From Phycisphaeraceae bacterium (GTDB lineage Bacteria > Planctomycetota > Phycisphaerae > Phycisphaerales > Phycisphaeraceae), in the NCBI GenBank assembly GCA_963674705.1, contig OY771506.1, positions 4,032,001 to 4,096,000 of the forward strand: DNA of 64,000 nt, in the 5' to 3' direction. This document shows positions 30,979 to 41,029 of the stretch, piece by piece. Position 1 is the stretch's first letter. Each line of letters begins with the position of its first letter. Under the pieces are notes generated by a model. It did not search any database, had not been told where the DNA came from, and was given only the letters and a program-made list of their open reading frames with translations. Both the position numbers and the translations under genes were made by a program.

Positions 30979-31437
30979 TCAGAACTCGTCAGTGAAAACA
31001 TCCTGCTGGTTTTGCTCTTGATGCCCGGCCCCGGTGCCGTGCCCACCGCCATCACGTCCGGATGCAACATGGACCTTGCTGATGTTCGCTGTGTAGAGAA
31101 AACCGCCTACCAGTATCACCAGCACGATGACCGATGTGATACCGGTCCATAATTTGCGCCGCAGGGTTGGCTTCGTATTGGTTGCACGCAACAGCTTCGC
31201 GATCACGCTGCAGACCCACCCCCAATTCAGGGTGACATGTAATAATGCTGCGGCGATGATGCCCATGGCAATCCAGAAGTGAATATCACCCCATTCATGC
31301 CGCGAAAGGCTCCAGACCGAATCCTGGTGGCTACCGGCAGGAAGTACAAATGCCAGCAGCAGGCCGGTAAGGATCAGACCTACTGCCCCCAACAGCAGGA
31401 TCATGTCAACCAGAAGATGCAGATAACTGCGTTTCAT
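30979..31437 (-). CDS. DUF4405-like membrane protein
   Basis: Three TM helices with conserved His (WGDIHFW, LHVTLNW); AAGGAG SD. Confidence 0.75.
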   Translation of the reverse strand: MKRSYLHLLVDMILLLGAVGLILTGLLLAFVLPAGSHQDSVWSLSRHEWGDIHFWIAMGIIAAALLHVTLNWGWVCSVIAKLLRATNTKPTLRRKLWTGITSVIVLVILVGGFLYTANISKVHVASGRDGGGHGTGAGHQEQNQQDVFTDEF

Positions 31438-31621
31438 ATAACAACTCCTTAAAAAACTGAGGAGCCGCCCAACTCACCCGTTTTTACGTTACAACGTGCC
31501 ATTGCATGACATATTGCCCGACTGAACTACTGTGCTGTTTATCGCGTAAAATACTCTTAATAGCATAAGTTTTCTCCGTATCGCATAATTTGCAGAACCC
31601 TGAATCCCGGATACCCAACCC

Positions 31622-32569
31622 TTGCGACTAGCACTGATCGGCGACATCCACCTGTTCCAGACCGACGTTCACCCGGCGAGGCTGTTCGGCAAACGCATAC
31701 TCGGCCACACGAACCTGATGCTCAACCGGCGTTTCCGGTTTAACCACCGGGTGCTCGCATCCATGATCGAACGTGTGGAGACACTGGCCCCGGAAGCGCT
31801 ACTGCTGACCGGCGATGTGACGACGACCTCGCTCGAAGATGAGTTCCACGATGTGGCCACCTATCTGGAACCTCTGTCAGAGAAAATCCCGACCGTGATC
31901 GTCCCGGGCAATCACGATAAGTACACGTTCCGGTCCGTACGGAAACAGCGCATGATGGAACACATGCGAGGCATCCTGCCGGATCACTTCCCACATATAC
32001 GACGGCTTAAGAAGCACTGGCAACTGCTTTGTCTGGATTCAGCTGAGCCGCAGTTGTTCTGGTCACGTGGGGCGCTGGGTTACGAACAGATGAACGAGGT
32101 CACACAGTTCATCAATTCACTCACGGTAGATGATGCGTTGATTGTGCTCTGTCATTACCCCGCCAAGATACCAAGCGGGATTCCTTACTCCTGGGGTCAC
32201 GCGCTTGCAGAGGATAAGCAACTGCATCAGATGTTCACAGAAAGCCCGGCCCGGATCGTCTTTGCACACGGACACATCCACAAACCCTGGCAATGGGACC
32301 CGGCCAACGGCGGCAAAACCGGCAACGGTGACAACTCCGGACTGATGTACCTGAACACCGGCTCTCCCTGTCTGACCAGCAACCAGTATCCGTATGGCCA
32401 AGGGTTCTGGGAGATGGTTTTGCCGGACGATCCGTGGGGGCCACTAGAACTGATCCACCACATCCCTGAAGCAAGCGACGGCAGCAAGCCCACCGCACAG
32501 CAGCGTCGCGCCGCCAGTCAACAAACCGGAAAACTCGATCTGCGATGGGTAATTCAGCGGGTCTTATGA
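31622..32569 (+). CDS. Calcineurin-like metallophosphoesterase
   Basis: GDIH, TGDV, PGNHD, CHYP and HGHIH motifs. Confidence 0.88.
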   Translation: MRLALIGDIHLFQTDVHPARLFGKRILGHTNLMLNRRFRFNHRVLASMIERVETLAPEALLLTGDVTTTSLEDEFHDVATYLEPLSEKIPTVIVPGNHDKYTFRSVRKQRMMEHMRGILPDHFPHIRRLKKHWQLLCLDSAEPQLFWSRGALGYEQMNEVTQFINSLTVDDALIVLCHYPAKIPSGIPYSWGHALAEDKQLHQMFTESPARIVFAHGHIHKPWQWDPANGGKTGNGDNSGLMYLNTGSPCLTSNQYPYGQGFWEMVLPDDPWGPLELIHHIPEASDGSKPTAQQRRAASQQTGKLDLRWVIQRVL

Positions 32570-32715
32570 AACCTGTTGGGATTGTGGCGGCACTTTGTTA
32601 TGCGCATTGTTCTATTGCGTGTAAGAACCTGAATAGACCCACCATAAACGGCCGATCTTTCTAAAGGCCGGTGCGTACAATCCGCACCGCCTGCTGAACT
32701 TTATCGGAGCCAGCT

Positions 32716-34599
32716 ATGTGTGGAATCGTTGCATACGTCGGGAATAAGCCGTCCGTTCCCTTACTGATCGAGGGGCTCAAACGGCTGGAGTATCGTGGAT
32801 ACGATTCGGCAGGCCTGGCGGTCGTTACAGACGAAGGTATCCAAGTGCGTAAGAGCCTGGGCCGTGTCAGTGTGCTTGAAGATCAGGTTGAGCAAGAGGG
32901 CATGGCCCTGGATGCCGCGGTCGGTATCGCGCACACACGCTGGGCGACACATGGCGAACCAAGCGTACCCAACGCACATCCGCACACCGGCAAGACCAGA
33001 CAAGGCCACACCATCGCCATCGTTCACAACGGCATCATCGAGAACTATGCATCGCTGCGCAAATACCTTGAAGGCAAAGGTCATGTTTTCGAGAGCCAGA
33101 CAGATACCGAGGTACTCGCCAAGCTGATCGCGGAACTGTACGAGACCGACCTCGAATCAGCGGTCCAAAAAGCGCTACGCGAAGTCACCGGCGCGTATGC
33201 AATTGCAGCGTTGTGTGATATCGAACCACATACGTTGATCTGTGCGCGTAAGGGTTCACCTTTGATCGTCGGCATAGCTGACCGCAGTTATATCGTTGCT
33301 TCTGATGCATCAGCGATTGTCAGTCACACGACACAGGTCATTACGCTGGATGATTACCAGGTCGTGCGTCTCTGTGCGGGTAAACGCGACAAGTACACGC
33401 CGCAGCAGGGGCCTTGGGCGGTCGAGTTCCGCACGACCACGCTGGACAACCAGCCGGTCACGCGGGAAGTTTCTGAACTGGAGATGGACCTTCAGCAGAT
33501 CGAACTGGGGGGATACCCGCACTTCATGCTCAAGGAAATCATGGAGCAGCCCGAGAGCCTGCGAAACTGTCTGCGCGGCCGGATCGATCGGCGTGAAGGC
33601 CGAGTGGTGCTAGGCGGATTGAGCAATATCACACGGGAACTGGTCCGAGCGAAACGCTTCCTGTTTACAGGTCAAGGCACGGCCTACCACGCCGGGCTCA
33701 TCGGCGAATACTTGATGGAAGACCTGGCTAAGGTCCCGGCACGCTGTGAATACGCCAGCGAGTTTCGCTACCGTAATCCGATCATCGAGGATGGCACGGT
33801 CATGGTGGCAGTCAGCCAATCCGGCGAAACAGCCGACACACTAGCGGCACTCAACGAAGCCAAGGATCGCGGGGCGATCGCGATCGGTGCGGTCAACTCG
33901 GTGGGCTCGAGCATCGCACGCACGACCGATGCGGGGGTGTACCTGCACGTCGGGCCTGAAATCGGCGTGGCATCGACCAAGGCGTTTGTCGGCCAGGTCG
34001 CGGTGCTGACGCTGCTGTCCCTGTTCGTTGGCAAACGCAGGTTTTTGTCTAACGAGGCGGTCAGCGAATATCTCAGGCAGTTGGAGCAGGTGCCGGACCA
34101 TATCCAGCACGTGCTCAAGCAGTCGGACCACATCCGAGAATGTGTCAAGAAGGTTGTGGATCGAGATAACTGGCTGTTCCTTGGGCGTGGATACAACTAC
34201 CCCGTCGCGGTGGAAGGGGCGCTGAAACTCAAGGAAATCTCGTATATCCATGCCGAGGGCATGCCGGCCGCTGAGATGAAGCATGGCCCGATCGCCCTGA
34301 TCGATGAGGGTATGCCGGTCGTCTTCCTGGCAACCAAAGGCACCCAGTATGAGAAGGTCATCTCGAATATCGAGGAGGTCCGCTCCCGGGGCGGCCGGAT
34401 TATCGCGGTGGCGACCGAGGGGGACCAGGAGATCGAACGTTACGCCGACGCCGTATTCACCATCCCGCCGATGCCGGACGCCTTACAGCCGCTGGTCAGC
34501 GTTGTGCCGCTGCAATTGCTGGCCTACCACGCCGCCGTCCTGCGCGGCCACGATGTCGATAAGCCCCGTAACCTCGCCAAGAGCGTCACCGTCGAATAA
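32716..34599 (+). CDS. glmS: Glutamine-fructose-6-phosphate transaminase
   Basis: MCGIV, LEYRGYDSAG, HTRWATHG, SQSGETADT and C-terminal PRNLAKSVTVE. Confidence 0.98.
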   Translation: MCGIVAYVGNKPSVPLLIEGLKRLEYRGYDSAGLAVVTDEGIQVRKSLGRVSVLEDQVEQEGMALDAAVGIAHTRWATHGEPSVPNAHPHTGKTRQGHTIAIVHNGIIENYASLRKYLEGKGHVFESQTDTEVLAKLIAELYETDLESAVQKALREVTGAYAIAALCDIEPHTLICARKGSPLIVGIADRSYIVASDASAIVSHTTQVITLDDYQVVRLCAGKRDKYTPQQGPWAVEFRTTTLDNQPVTREVSELEMDLQQIELGGYPHFMLKEIMEQPESLRNCLRGRIDRREGRVVLGGLSNITRELVRAKRFLFTGQGTAYHAGLIGEYLMEDLAKVPARCEYASEFRYRNPIIEDGTVMVAVSQSGETADTLAALNEAKDRGAIAIGAVNSVGSSIARTTDAGVYLHVGPEIGVASTKAFVGQVAVLTLLSLFVGKRRFLSNEAVSEYLRQLEQVPDHIQHVLKQSDHIRECVKKVVDRDNWLFLGRGYNYPVAVEGALKLKEISYIHAEGMPAAEMKHGPIALIDEGMPVVFLATKGTQYEKVISNIEEVRSRGGRIIAVATEGDQEIERYADAVFTIPPMPDALQPLVSVVPLQLLAYHAAVLRGHDVDKPRNLAKSVTVE

Positions 34600-34699
34600 G
34601 CGTTTGTCAGATATCAACATCTAAAAAATGACCTGCCGTGCCTCCTAGGCCCGGTCTTGTTACAATCCCTGTATTCGACCCAGGCACGGAGAGCTTGAG

Positions 34700-35185
34700 A
34701 TGACACGATCGATTCAAATGACCGTTATGCTGGCACTGGTTTGTCTATTCACCCTTGGCTGCCAGACCTATGTCAATATCCCCAAACAAACCGGTGACGC
34801 CGCCAGCCACGACCCGAACGGCAAGACCGTCCGTGAAGTACTCATCCTGGCGGTGCATACCGCGTTAATTGACGGCGATGTCAAGGGTCCGGTCCAGCTC
34901 ATGCTCCCGGAAAACACCAGCTCCCTGACATACGCCTACATCGCCAATGCCTTGGGAGACGAGGTCGTGGTGGCGAATGAGAAGTCGGACCAGACCGCCG
35001 TAGCGGAAGGTGTGGTGCTTGCCAAGGGCATCCGTATCCGTGGCCACAAGGCCGAGGTCGACATCGTCCGACCCACCGGCGGCGGCACCGATCAGCTTGT
35101 CACCGTCTACCTGAACTGGAAAACCATTGGCGGCTGGAACGCTGACATGGTCCGCGTCTGGCACGGCGTGTCGATCGAGGATTAA
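34700..35185 (+). CDS. Hypothetical lipoprotein
   Basis: TLGC lipobox; GGAG SD. Confidence 0.7.
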   Translation: MTRSIQMTVMLALVCLFTLGCQTYVNIPKQTGDAASHDPNGKTVREVLILAVHTALIDGDVKGPVQLMLPENTSSLTYAYIANALGDEVVVANEKSDQTAVAEGVVLAKGIRIRGHKAEVDIVRPTGGGTDQLVTVYLNWKTIGGWNADMVRVWHGVSIED

Positions 35186-35249
35186 ATCAGACCTGTCTGC
35201 GAAAAAACCTCCAGGGAATGAATCTAACTCACGCAAGGAGGCTGTGAAG

Positions 35250-35888
35250 ATGACATTCAAGACAACGTTGCTACTGGTTGCCATCCTGCTGTCTGGATCA
35301 TGGGGCGTGTCCGTGAACGCACAGGATGCGCAGACACCTGCAGCCTCGGCCGAGCCGCCTCACGCGCAAGCTGATAGTACAACACCGGCCCCAAGCGCTG
35401 AGCCTGAAGCAACTACCGACGAGCAGGCTGCTCAAAAGAAGATGGATGAGTTATTCAACTCAACAGAGCCGGCGCCGGTCATCGAACCTTCGGAATCACC
35501 GGTTAAAAGGAATAATCCTCAATTCACCGCCCCGGCTTCGACCTCGGTCGATATCGATCCGGAGGTCCTGGGTATAGCACCCGGAGATGATCCGCCACCG
35601 CTACGTCGGGAAGGCGAATTTATCTTCAACCGTCGCGGCCGAATGATCCGCTCACCGGAGAGCGGCCATCGTCTGTTCGTATTAGAGTCTGATGCCAGTC
35701 ATTCCCCGGAACTGCCGCTGGTCCTTCAGGCATGCCAGATCCTCGAAACGATGGAAAGCATCGTCGAACGGCGGGGCGACACTACCGTCTTCATCCTTTC
35801 CGGACAGGTCCATACCTACCGCGGCGCAAATTACCTGCTGCCGACGATGATGAATACCGCTGCCAATACAGGCAACCTCACAAACTAA
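35250..35888 (+). CDS. Secreted hypothetical protein with Pro/Ala-rich linker
   Basis: AAGGAGG SD; signal peptide ending VNA; C-terminal beta-domain ending YRGANYLL. Confidence 0.72.
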   Translation: MTFKTTLLLVAILLSGSWGVSVNAQDAQTPAASAEPPHAQADSTTPAPSAEPEATTDEQAAQKKMDELFNSTEPAPVIEPSESPVKRNNPQFTAPASTSVDIDPEVLGIAPGDDPPPLRREGEFIFNRRGRMIRSPESGHRLFVLESDASHSPELPLVLQACQILETMESIVERRGDTTVFILSGQVHTYRGANYLLPTMMNTAANTGNLTN

Positions 35889-35909
35889 CCCCGTCGCGAC
35901 ATCAAAAAC

Positions 35910-37004
35910 TCACAACGACGCCACAGGCATCAGTGGGCCGTCGTGTTTCATCAGCGATTCACATTGCGCTTTACCATCCAGCACACGCAGGACCAGGTCG
36001 TACTTGCGGCATTGGCCCGGCTTAAGTGTCGTGCCGGCAAGCGTACCGGGATCGTTGTCTTTACCGAGTAGCGAGCCATAGAAAGGTTCGATCCCCGTGA
36101 CGTAACTGCCGCTCGGGCTGAAGTGCTGCCAGTTCACAAAACGGGGCAACTGCTTTTTGACAAATTCCAGTTCAAGACCGATACGGCGTTTTGGATTGAC
36201 TAAGCCGACGTGCACCTTGCCTTTCCGATCTGCGGGGGGATCGGCAAAGATGCAGTCTTCTTCAGCACCCGTGTGCATCGCGCCTGGGATACGTTTGAAA
36301 CGGTTGAGTTTGGCTGCAGAAATCACCTTGTCGGTGAAAGGATACAGGGAGGCTTTACCCTTGTAGATCAGCTTGGCGCCCTCATCGAGCAGGGGGTAGC
36401 CGAGGTTCACGTGGTAGAGCCAGTTATGATCCACGACGGTATCGCCAAGGTTGATCACTTCGTCGTGGATGTGAATCTCAGGCACACCCAGCTTGCAGCG
36501 GATCATTCGACGCACCTCAAACACCGGGCCGAACATACGGCTTTCGCGCATCACCATGGATATGGACATCGTATCCGTCCCGGTATGCGGATCGGGATTA
36601 TCGATGGCGGTCACCGAAGCGGGCGTATTGGAATGTCGGCCGTGCAGGGGAACCCAGTGCCCATCTTCAACCCGTGGCGCCCCCATGGTTTCGGGCCCAC
36701 AGGTGGTCATCAGCCCACCGGGCCAGGCGCGGAGCCAGTCGTCGTCACGGTTATTCCCGTGCGTTGGGGGACGGATACCGTTGGGCGTCCTGAACGCAAG
36801 GTTGGTGTTGTTGTAGGCCGCGTCGACGATGTCGCCGCCGCGTCCCAGTGCGATCGTGAATCGCAAGCCGCAGCCTGTATCAACCAACGCCACCCTGCAT
36901 CCCGGCCCGCCCCCGGCCTCCGGATAATCCAGCGTAGCGGTGCGGATCCCGCCAAGTTGCAGGGGATGTTCGTATCTGACTTCGCGTGATTTGGATCGTG
37001 CCAT
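35910..37004 (-). CDS. Aldose 1-epimerase superfamily protein (DUF4432-like)
   Basis: GRGGDI, GGLMTTCG, LHGRHS, LYHVNLGYPL and YVTGIEP motifs. Confidence 0.85.
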   Translation of the reverse strand: MARSKSREVRYEHPLQLGGIRTATLDYPEAGGGPGCRVALVDTGCGLRFTIALGRGGDIVDAAYNNTNLAFRTPNGIRPPTHGNNRDDDWLRAWPGGLMTTCGPETMGAPRVEDGHWVPLHGRHSNTPASVTAIDNPDPHTGTDTMSISMVMRESRMFGPVFEVRRMIRCKLGVPEIHIHDEVINLGDTVVDHNWLYHVNLGYPLLDEGAKLIYKGKASLYPFTDKVISAAKLNRFKRIPGAMHTGAEEDCIFADPPADRKGKVHVGLVNPKRRIGLELEFVKKQLPRFVNWQHFSPSGSYVTGIEPFYGSLLGKDNDPGTLAGTTLKPGQCRKYDLVLRVLDGKAQCESLMKHDGPLMPVASL

Positions 37005-37054
37005 GTAATTAGCATATAGTCGAATAATATTCTTGCACGCCGGAGTAAACAGCT

Positions 37055-37282
37055 ATGCCGATTTATGAATATGAGTGTGGAAAATGCGGACACGTGACCG
37101 AAGTACTGCGTTCGATGAGCGAGGCGGACAAACCACAAGCCTGTGAGTCCTGTGGCAGCAAGAAAACACACCGCTGCCAGAGTGAATTTGCGGCAGGGGG
37201 AGCCAAGGCAAACGAATGCTCTTTGCCCGCTGGCCCGGGTGGTTGTGGTTGTTGCGGGTGCGGATCGTGCCCGCATCACTAG
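37055..37282 (+). CDS. FmdB-family zinc-ribbon protein
   Basis: MPIYEYECGKCG...CESCGS; GGAG SD. Confidence 0.88.
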   Translation: MPIYEYECGKCGHVTEVLRSMSEADKPQACESCGSKKTHRCQSEFAAGGAKANECSLPAGPGGCGCCGCGSCPHH

Positions 37283-37374
37283 CCACTTGACCGGAACATG
37301 TACCTATCCGATCAAACCTTACGTATACAACCAACTCGGTAGCGTAAGAAGTCTATCAATACAGTTTGAAGCGC

Positions 37375-37412
37375 AAAGAAAAACCCGGCCGAGTGGTTTC
37401 GCTTAGCCGGGT
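37375..37412 (-). terminator. Intrinsic terminator after pntB
   Basis: ACCCGGC/GCCGGGT stem followed on the minus strand by TTTTTCTTT. Confidence 0.65.
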
Positions 37413-37433
37413 CGCACTAACATCCAAGTGATA

Positions 37434-38876
37434 TTACGTTTCGGCAAGTTCGTTGGTCAGTTCGGTAACGACCTTCTTGGCGTCGCCAAAGATCATGCCG
37501 GTATTATCATTGAAGAACAGTTCGTTCTGGATACCCGCGAAACCGGGGTTCATCGACCGCTTGATGACGAAGACCTGACGGCTCTTGTCGACGTCGAGGA
37601 TAGGCATGCCGTAGATCGGGCTGCCCTCATCGTGACGTGCGGCCGGGTTGACCACGTCGTTGGCGCCGATGACCAGCGCGACGTCCGTCTGGTCGAATTC
37701 GGGGTTGATCTGGTCCAGGTCCAGCAACTGCTCGTACGGCACACCCGCTTCAGCCAGCAGCACGTTCATGTGGCCGGGCATACGGCCGGCAACGGGGTGG
37801 ATCGCATACATGACCCGGATGCCACGCTTCTGTAATTCCTCCGCAAACTCCTTCACGGCGTGCTGCGCCTGCGCCACCGCCATGCCGTAGCCGGGCACGA
37901 TCACGACCTGCTGGGCCGCGTCGAAGATGATCGCAGCATCTTCAGCCGTAAAGGCACGGGCCTCGCCCGTGATCTGCTTGCCACCCGTCACGACACCACC
38001 GACACCGCCGAACAGCACGTTCATCAGCGAGCGGTTCATGGCCTTACACATGATGCTGGTGAGGATGATACCGCTGGCACCGACCAGTGAGCCGGTGATG
38101 ATGAGCACGGCGTTGGAGAGCACGAACCCGGCCATCGCGGCGGCGATACCTGAATAGCTGTTCATGAGGGCGATGACGACGGGCATATCCGCACCGCCGA
38201 TACCGATGACCAGCAACACACCGAGGACCAGTGAGAGCACGGTGATGATGATGGGGATCCAGATCCATGTCGGCTCGGCGATCATGAGACCGCTGAGCCC
38301 TAGACCGGCAATAATCAGGAGGCTGATCAGTGCTTTACCGCCGACAAACTGCACGGGCTTGTCGGGGGCCCACTTGGTGCCCTGGAGCTTGCCGTAGGCG
38401 ATCAACGAGCCGGTGAAGGTCAGGCCGCCGACGAAGACGGTCAGCCCGATGGCCAATGCCGAATCCCAACTGATAGTGTCGATCAGGCGGAGGTTAGAAT
38501 CCGACAGGGAAGGACGGATAAAGTCGAGGCTGTACTCACCGCAAGCAACCAGCAGTGATGCAAGTCCGCCGAAACCGTTGAGCAGGGCGACCATCTGCGG
38601 CATACCGGTCATCTGTACCTTGGTGGCCATGAGGAAACCGGCAATCGACCCGATCACTAAGGCGATGGCAACCCAGATAAGGCTGATCACTTCACCGCCG
38701 CTGAGGAAGAAAAATGTGGCAACGGTTGCCAGGAGCATGCCCAGCGAAGAAACCAAGTTGCCTCGCTTAGCGGTGGGTACTTTGCTGAGCATCTTCAGAC
38801 CGAAGATGAACAGCACGGCGGCCAACAGGTAAACGAGATTCAGAGCGTCTATTTTGGTAAAGGCTAAGGTGTGCAT
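37434..38876 (-). CDS. pntB: NAD(P) transhydrogenase beta subunit
   Basis: MPQMVALLNGFGG, GGADMPVV, VPGYGMAVAQAQ, HPVAGRMPGHMNV and GANDVVNP motifs. Confidence 0.97.
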   Translation of the reverse strand: MHTLAFTKIDALNLVYLLAAVLFIFGLKMLSKVPTAKRGNLVSSLGMLLATVATFFFLSGGEVISLIWVAIALVIGSIAGFLMATKVQMTGMPQMVALLNGFGGLASLLVACGEYSLDFIRPSLSDSNLRLIDTISWDSALAIGLTVFVGGLTFTGSLIAYGKLQGTKWAPDKPVQFVGGKALISLLIIAGLGLSGLMIAEPTWIWIPIIITVLSLVLGVLLVIGIGGADMPVVIALMNSYSGIAAAMAGFVLSNAVLIITGSLVGASGIILTSIMCKAMNRSLMNVLFGGVGGVVTGGKQITGEARAFTAEDAAIIFDAAQQVVIVPGYGMAVAQAQHAVKEFAEELQKRGIRVMYAIHPVAGRMPGHMNVLLAEAGVPYEQLLDLDQINPEFDQTDVALVIGANDVVNPAARHDEGSPIYGMPILDVDKSRQVFVIKRSMNPGFAGIQNELFFNDNTGMIFGDAKKVVTELTNELAET

Positions 38877-38884
38877 AGCGATCC

Positions 38885-39169
38885 TTACTTATCCTTCTTG
38901 ACAAACATGTCCAGCATGCGGTTGGTGACGACGTACCCGCCAACGACGTTGATCGTGGCGAAAATGATCGCCAGGAAACCAAGGATCACACCAAAGGAAC
39001 CGAGTGTGTCGCTGAACGAACACAAGAGGGCACCCACAATAGTGATACCACTGATCGCGTTTGATCCGCTCATCAGCGGAGTGTGCAACGTGGCAGGCAC
39101 CTTGGTGATCACCTCAAACCCGATGAAGATCGCGAGCACGAAGATGATGAGACTGGTTACAAAATCCAT
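38885..39169 (-). CDS. pntAB: NAD(P) transhydrogenase alpha subunit, part 2 (membrane)
   Basis: LHTPLMSGSNAISG and INVVGGYVVTNRML motifs. Confidence 0.93.
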   Translation of the reverse strand: MDFVTSLIIFVLAIFIGFEVITKVPATLHTPLMSGSNAISGITIVGALLCSFSDTLGSFGVILGFLAIIFATINVVGGYVVTNRMLDMFVKKDK

Positions 39170-39202
39170 GGAAGTATTCCGTATCGTGTGTCTGGTTTAG
39201 AT

Positions 39203-40339
39203 TCAAAGTTCCTTGCGTACTTCGCCATTATGCGTAATCACGCCGCCGTCCTGAACTTCGTCTTCGAGATTAATTTTGAGCTGGCCTTCAACGATCAGGT
39301 CCTTGAGGAGGTTGAACACGTTGTTGGCGTAAGCCTGAGAAGCGTGGGTGGGGATCAGCGAAGGCAGGTTGAGTGTGCCCACGATGGTCACACCGTTGTC
39401 GGTGGTGACCACCTCGCCGGGCTTGGTCAACTCGCAGTTGCCCCGGCCGTGCTCGGGATTGGCGGCCAGGTCGACGATCACGCCACCGGGTGGCATCTTG
39501 TTGACCACATCTGCCGGGATCAGCATCGGCGGAGCCTTACCGAAGACCGCAGCGGTGGTCACCACCACGTCGGCGCCGACGATGTGCTTGGTCATCAATT
39601 CGGTCTGCTTGCGTTGCTGCTCTTCGCTCTGTTCCTTGGCATAACCGCCAGCGGTTTCTGCGTCGGTGGTTTCCATAGGCAACTCGACAAAGCGGGCGCC
39701 CAAGGATTGCACCTGCTCCTTCGTTGCGGGCCGTACATCGTAGGCTTCGACGATCGCGCCCAATCGTTTGGCGGTGGCGATCGCCTGCAAGCCGGCGACG
39801 CCGACGCCGATGATGAATACCTTGGCCGGGGCAAGCGTGCCCGCGGCGGTGATCATCATCGGGAACATCTTCGAGCAGTGGTCCGCACCGAGCAGCACTG
39901 CCTTGTACCCGCCGATGTTCGCCTGGCTGGACAATACGTCCATTGCCTGGGCACGGCTGATACGCGGGATAAATTCCAGCGATACAGCGGTGACCTTACG
40001 GTCCGCCAGCTTACGCATCAGATCGGCGTTCTGGAACGGAGCGAGCATGCCGACCAGCACGGACCCTTCCTTCATCTGCGCGATCTGTGATTCGCTTGGG
40101 GGATTGATCACTGTGACGACATCGGCCTCGGCCCAGATAGCTGCGGGGGCTTCGCCGTCACTCGGCACAACTGTAGCACCGGCATCGGTAAAGGCCTGAT
40201 CGCGGATGTGGGCGCCATCGCCCGCACCGGATTCGACCACGACCTCGACTTCCATCCCGACAAGCTTCTTGACTACCTGTGCGGTCAGGGCAACACGGGT
40301 TTCGCCTTGCCCACTTTGTTTGGGAACTGATAGTTTCAT
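39203..40339 (-). CDS. pntAA: NAD(P) transhydrogenase alpha subunit, part 1 (domain I)
   Basis: PRISRAQAMDVLSSQ, GVGVAGLQA, AYDVRP and GGYAK motifs. Confidence 0.95.
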   Translation of the reverse strand: MKLSVPKQSGQGETRVALTAQVVKKLVGMEVEVVVESGAGDGAHIRDQAFTDAGATVVPSDGEAPAAIWAEADVVTVINPPSESQIAQMKEGSVLVGMLAPFQNADLMRKLADRKVTAVSLEFIPRISRAQAMDVLSSQANIGGYKAVLLGADHCSKMFPMMITAAGTLAPAKVFIIGVGVAGLQAIATAKRLGAIVEAYDVRPATKEQVQSLGARFVELPMETTDAETAGGYAKEQSEEQQRKQTELMTKHIVGADVVVTTAAVFGKAPPMLIPADVVNKMPPGGVIVDLAANPEHGRGNCELTKPGEVVTTDNGVTIVGTLNLPSLIPTHASQAYANNVFNLLKDLIVEGQLKINLEDEVQDGGVITHNGEVRKEL

Positions 40340-40376
40340 GCGTTTTCCTGGATGAGCTATCAAAAGATGGTGGGAT

Positions 40377-40404
40377 ATTACAATCTTGTCACAATCTTGT
40401 CACA
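40377..40404. promoter_or_regulatory. 11-bp-period direct repeat resembling an OmpR/PhoB-family binding site
   Basis: ATTACAATCTT GTCACAATCTT GTCACA between the divergent pntAA and yjbQ-like genes. Confidence 0.55.
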
Positions 40405-40447
40405 TATGGAAAACTAGAGCCGCCCAGAAATATTTAAGATCATTAGA

Positions 40448-40861
40448 ATGCCAAATATGAGATTCACTAGTTTCCAAGTTCCCACCCACGATCGTGACCA
40501 GATGATAGAGGTGACTGGCACAATTCGCAAAATCGTCGCAGATTCCAGCGTACAAAATGGCAGGGCAACGGTTTATGTCCCACACACGACCGCCGGTGTG
40601 ACCATCAACGAAAACGCTGATCCGGACGTGGTTCACGACATGCTCAAGCAACTGGATCTGATGGTGCCATGGTCGCAACCTTTCTACCGACACGCTGAAG
40701 GCAACAGCGCCTCACACGTCAAAGCATCAATGATGGGCTCGAGTGTGACCGTTCTGATTCAAGACGGTCGACTTGTGCTTGGTACGTGGCAGGGGGTATG
40801 GTTCTGTGAATTCGATGGCCCAAGGACGCGTAAAGTCCACGTGTGTCTCGAAGGTAGTTGA
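40448..40861 (+). CDS. YjbQ/UPF0047 family protein
   Basis: PHTTAGVTINENADPDV, HAEGNSASHVK, LGTWQG and EFDGPR motifs. Confidence 0.92.
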   Translation: MPNMRFTSFQVPTHDRDQMIEVTGTIRKIVADSSVQNGRATVYVPHTTAGVTINENADPDVVHDMLKQLDLMVPWSQPFYRHAEGNSASHVKASMMGSSVTVLIQDGRLVLGTWQGVWFCEFDGPRTRKVHVCLEGS

Positions 40862-41029
40862 GAAATAGACCGTAGTTAGAATGTCAGCATCCTAAGATAG
40901 TCGAGAATCAATTTCTGAGTTAATCCACCAATTCACCAATCACCCGGCCCTTCGCTTCGCTCAGGTCCGGCGTTGGTAAAGAAACATCACAGAACCGATA
41001 CCCGAACCACGAAAGACGAAAGACGAACC

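Noticed and set aside
31486..31501. Sigma54 promoter (TGGCACG on the minus strand)
   Set aside because: The -12 GC dinucleotide is missing at the required spacing.
32570..32715. glmS ribozyme
   Set aside because: No recognisable conserved ribozyme core in the leader.
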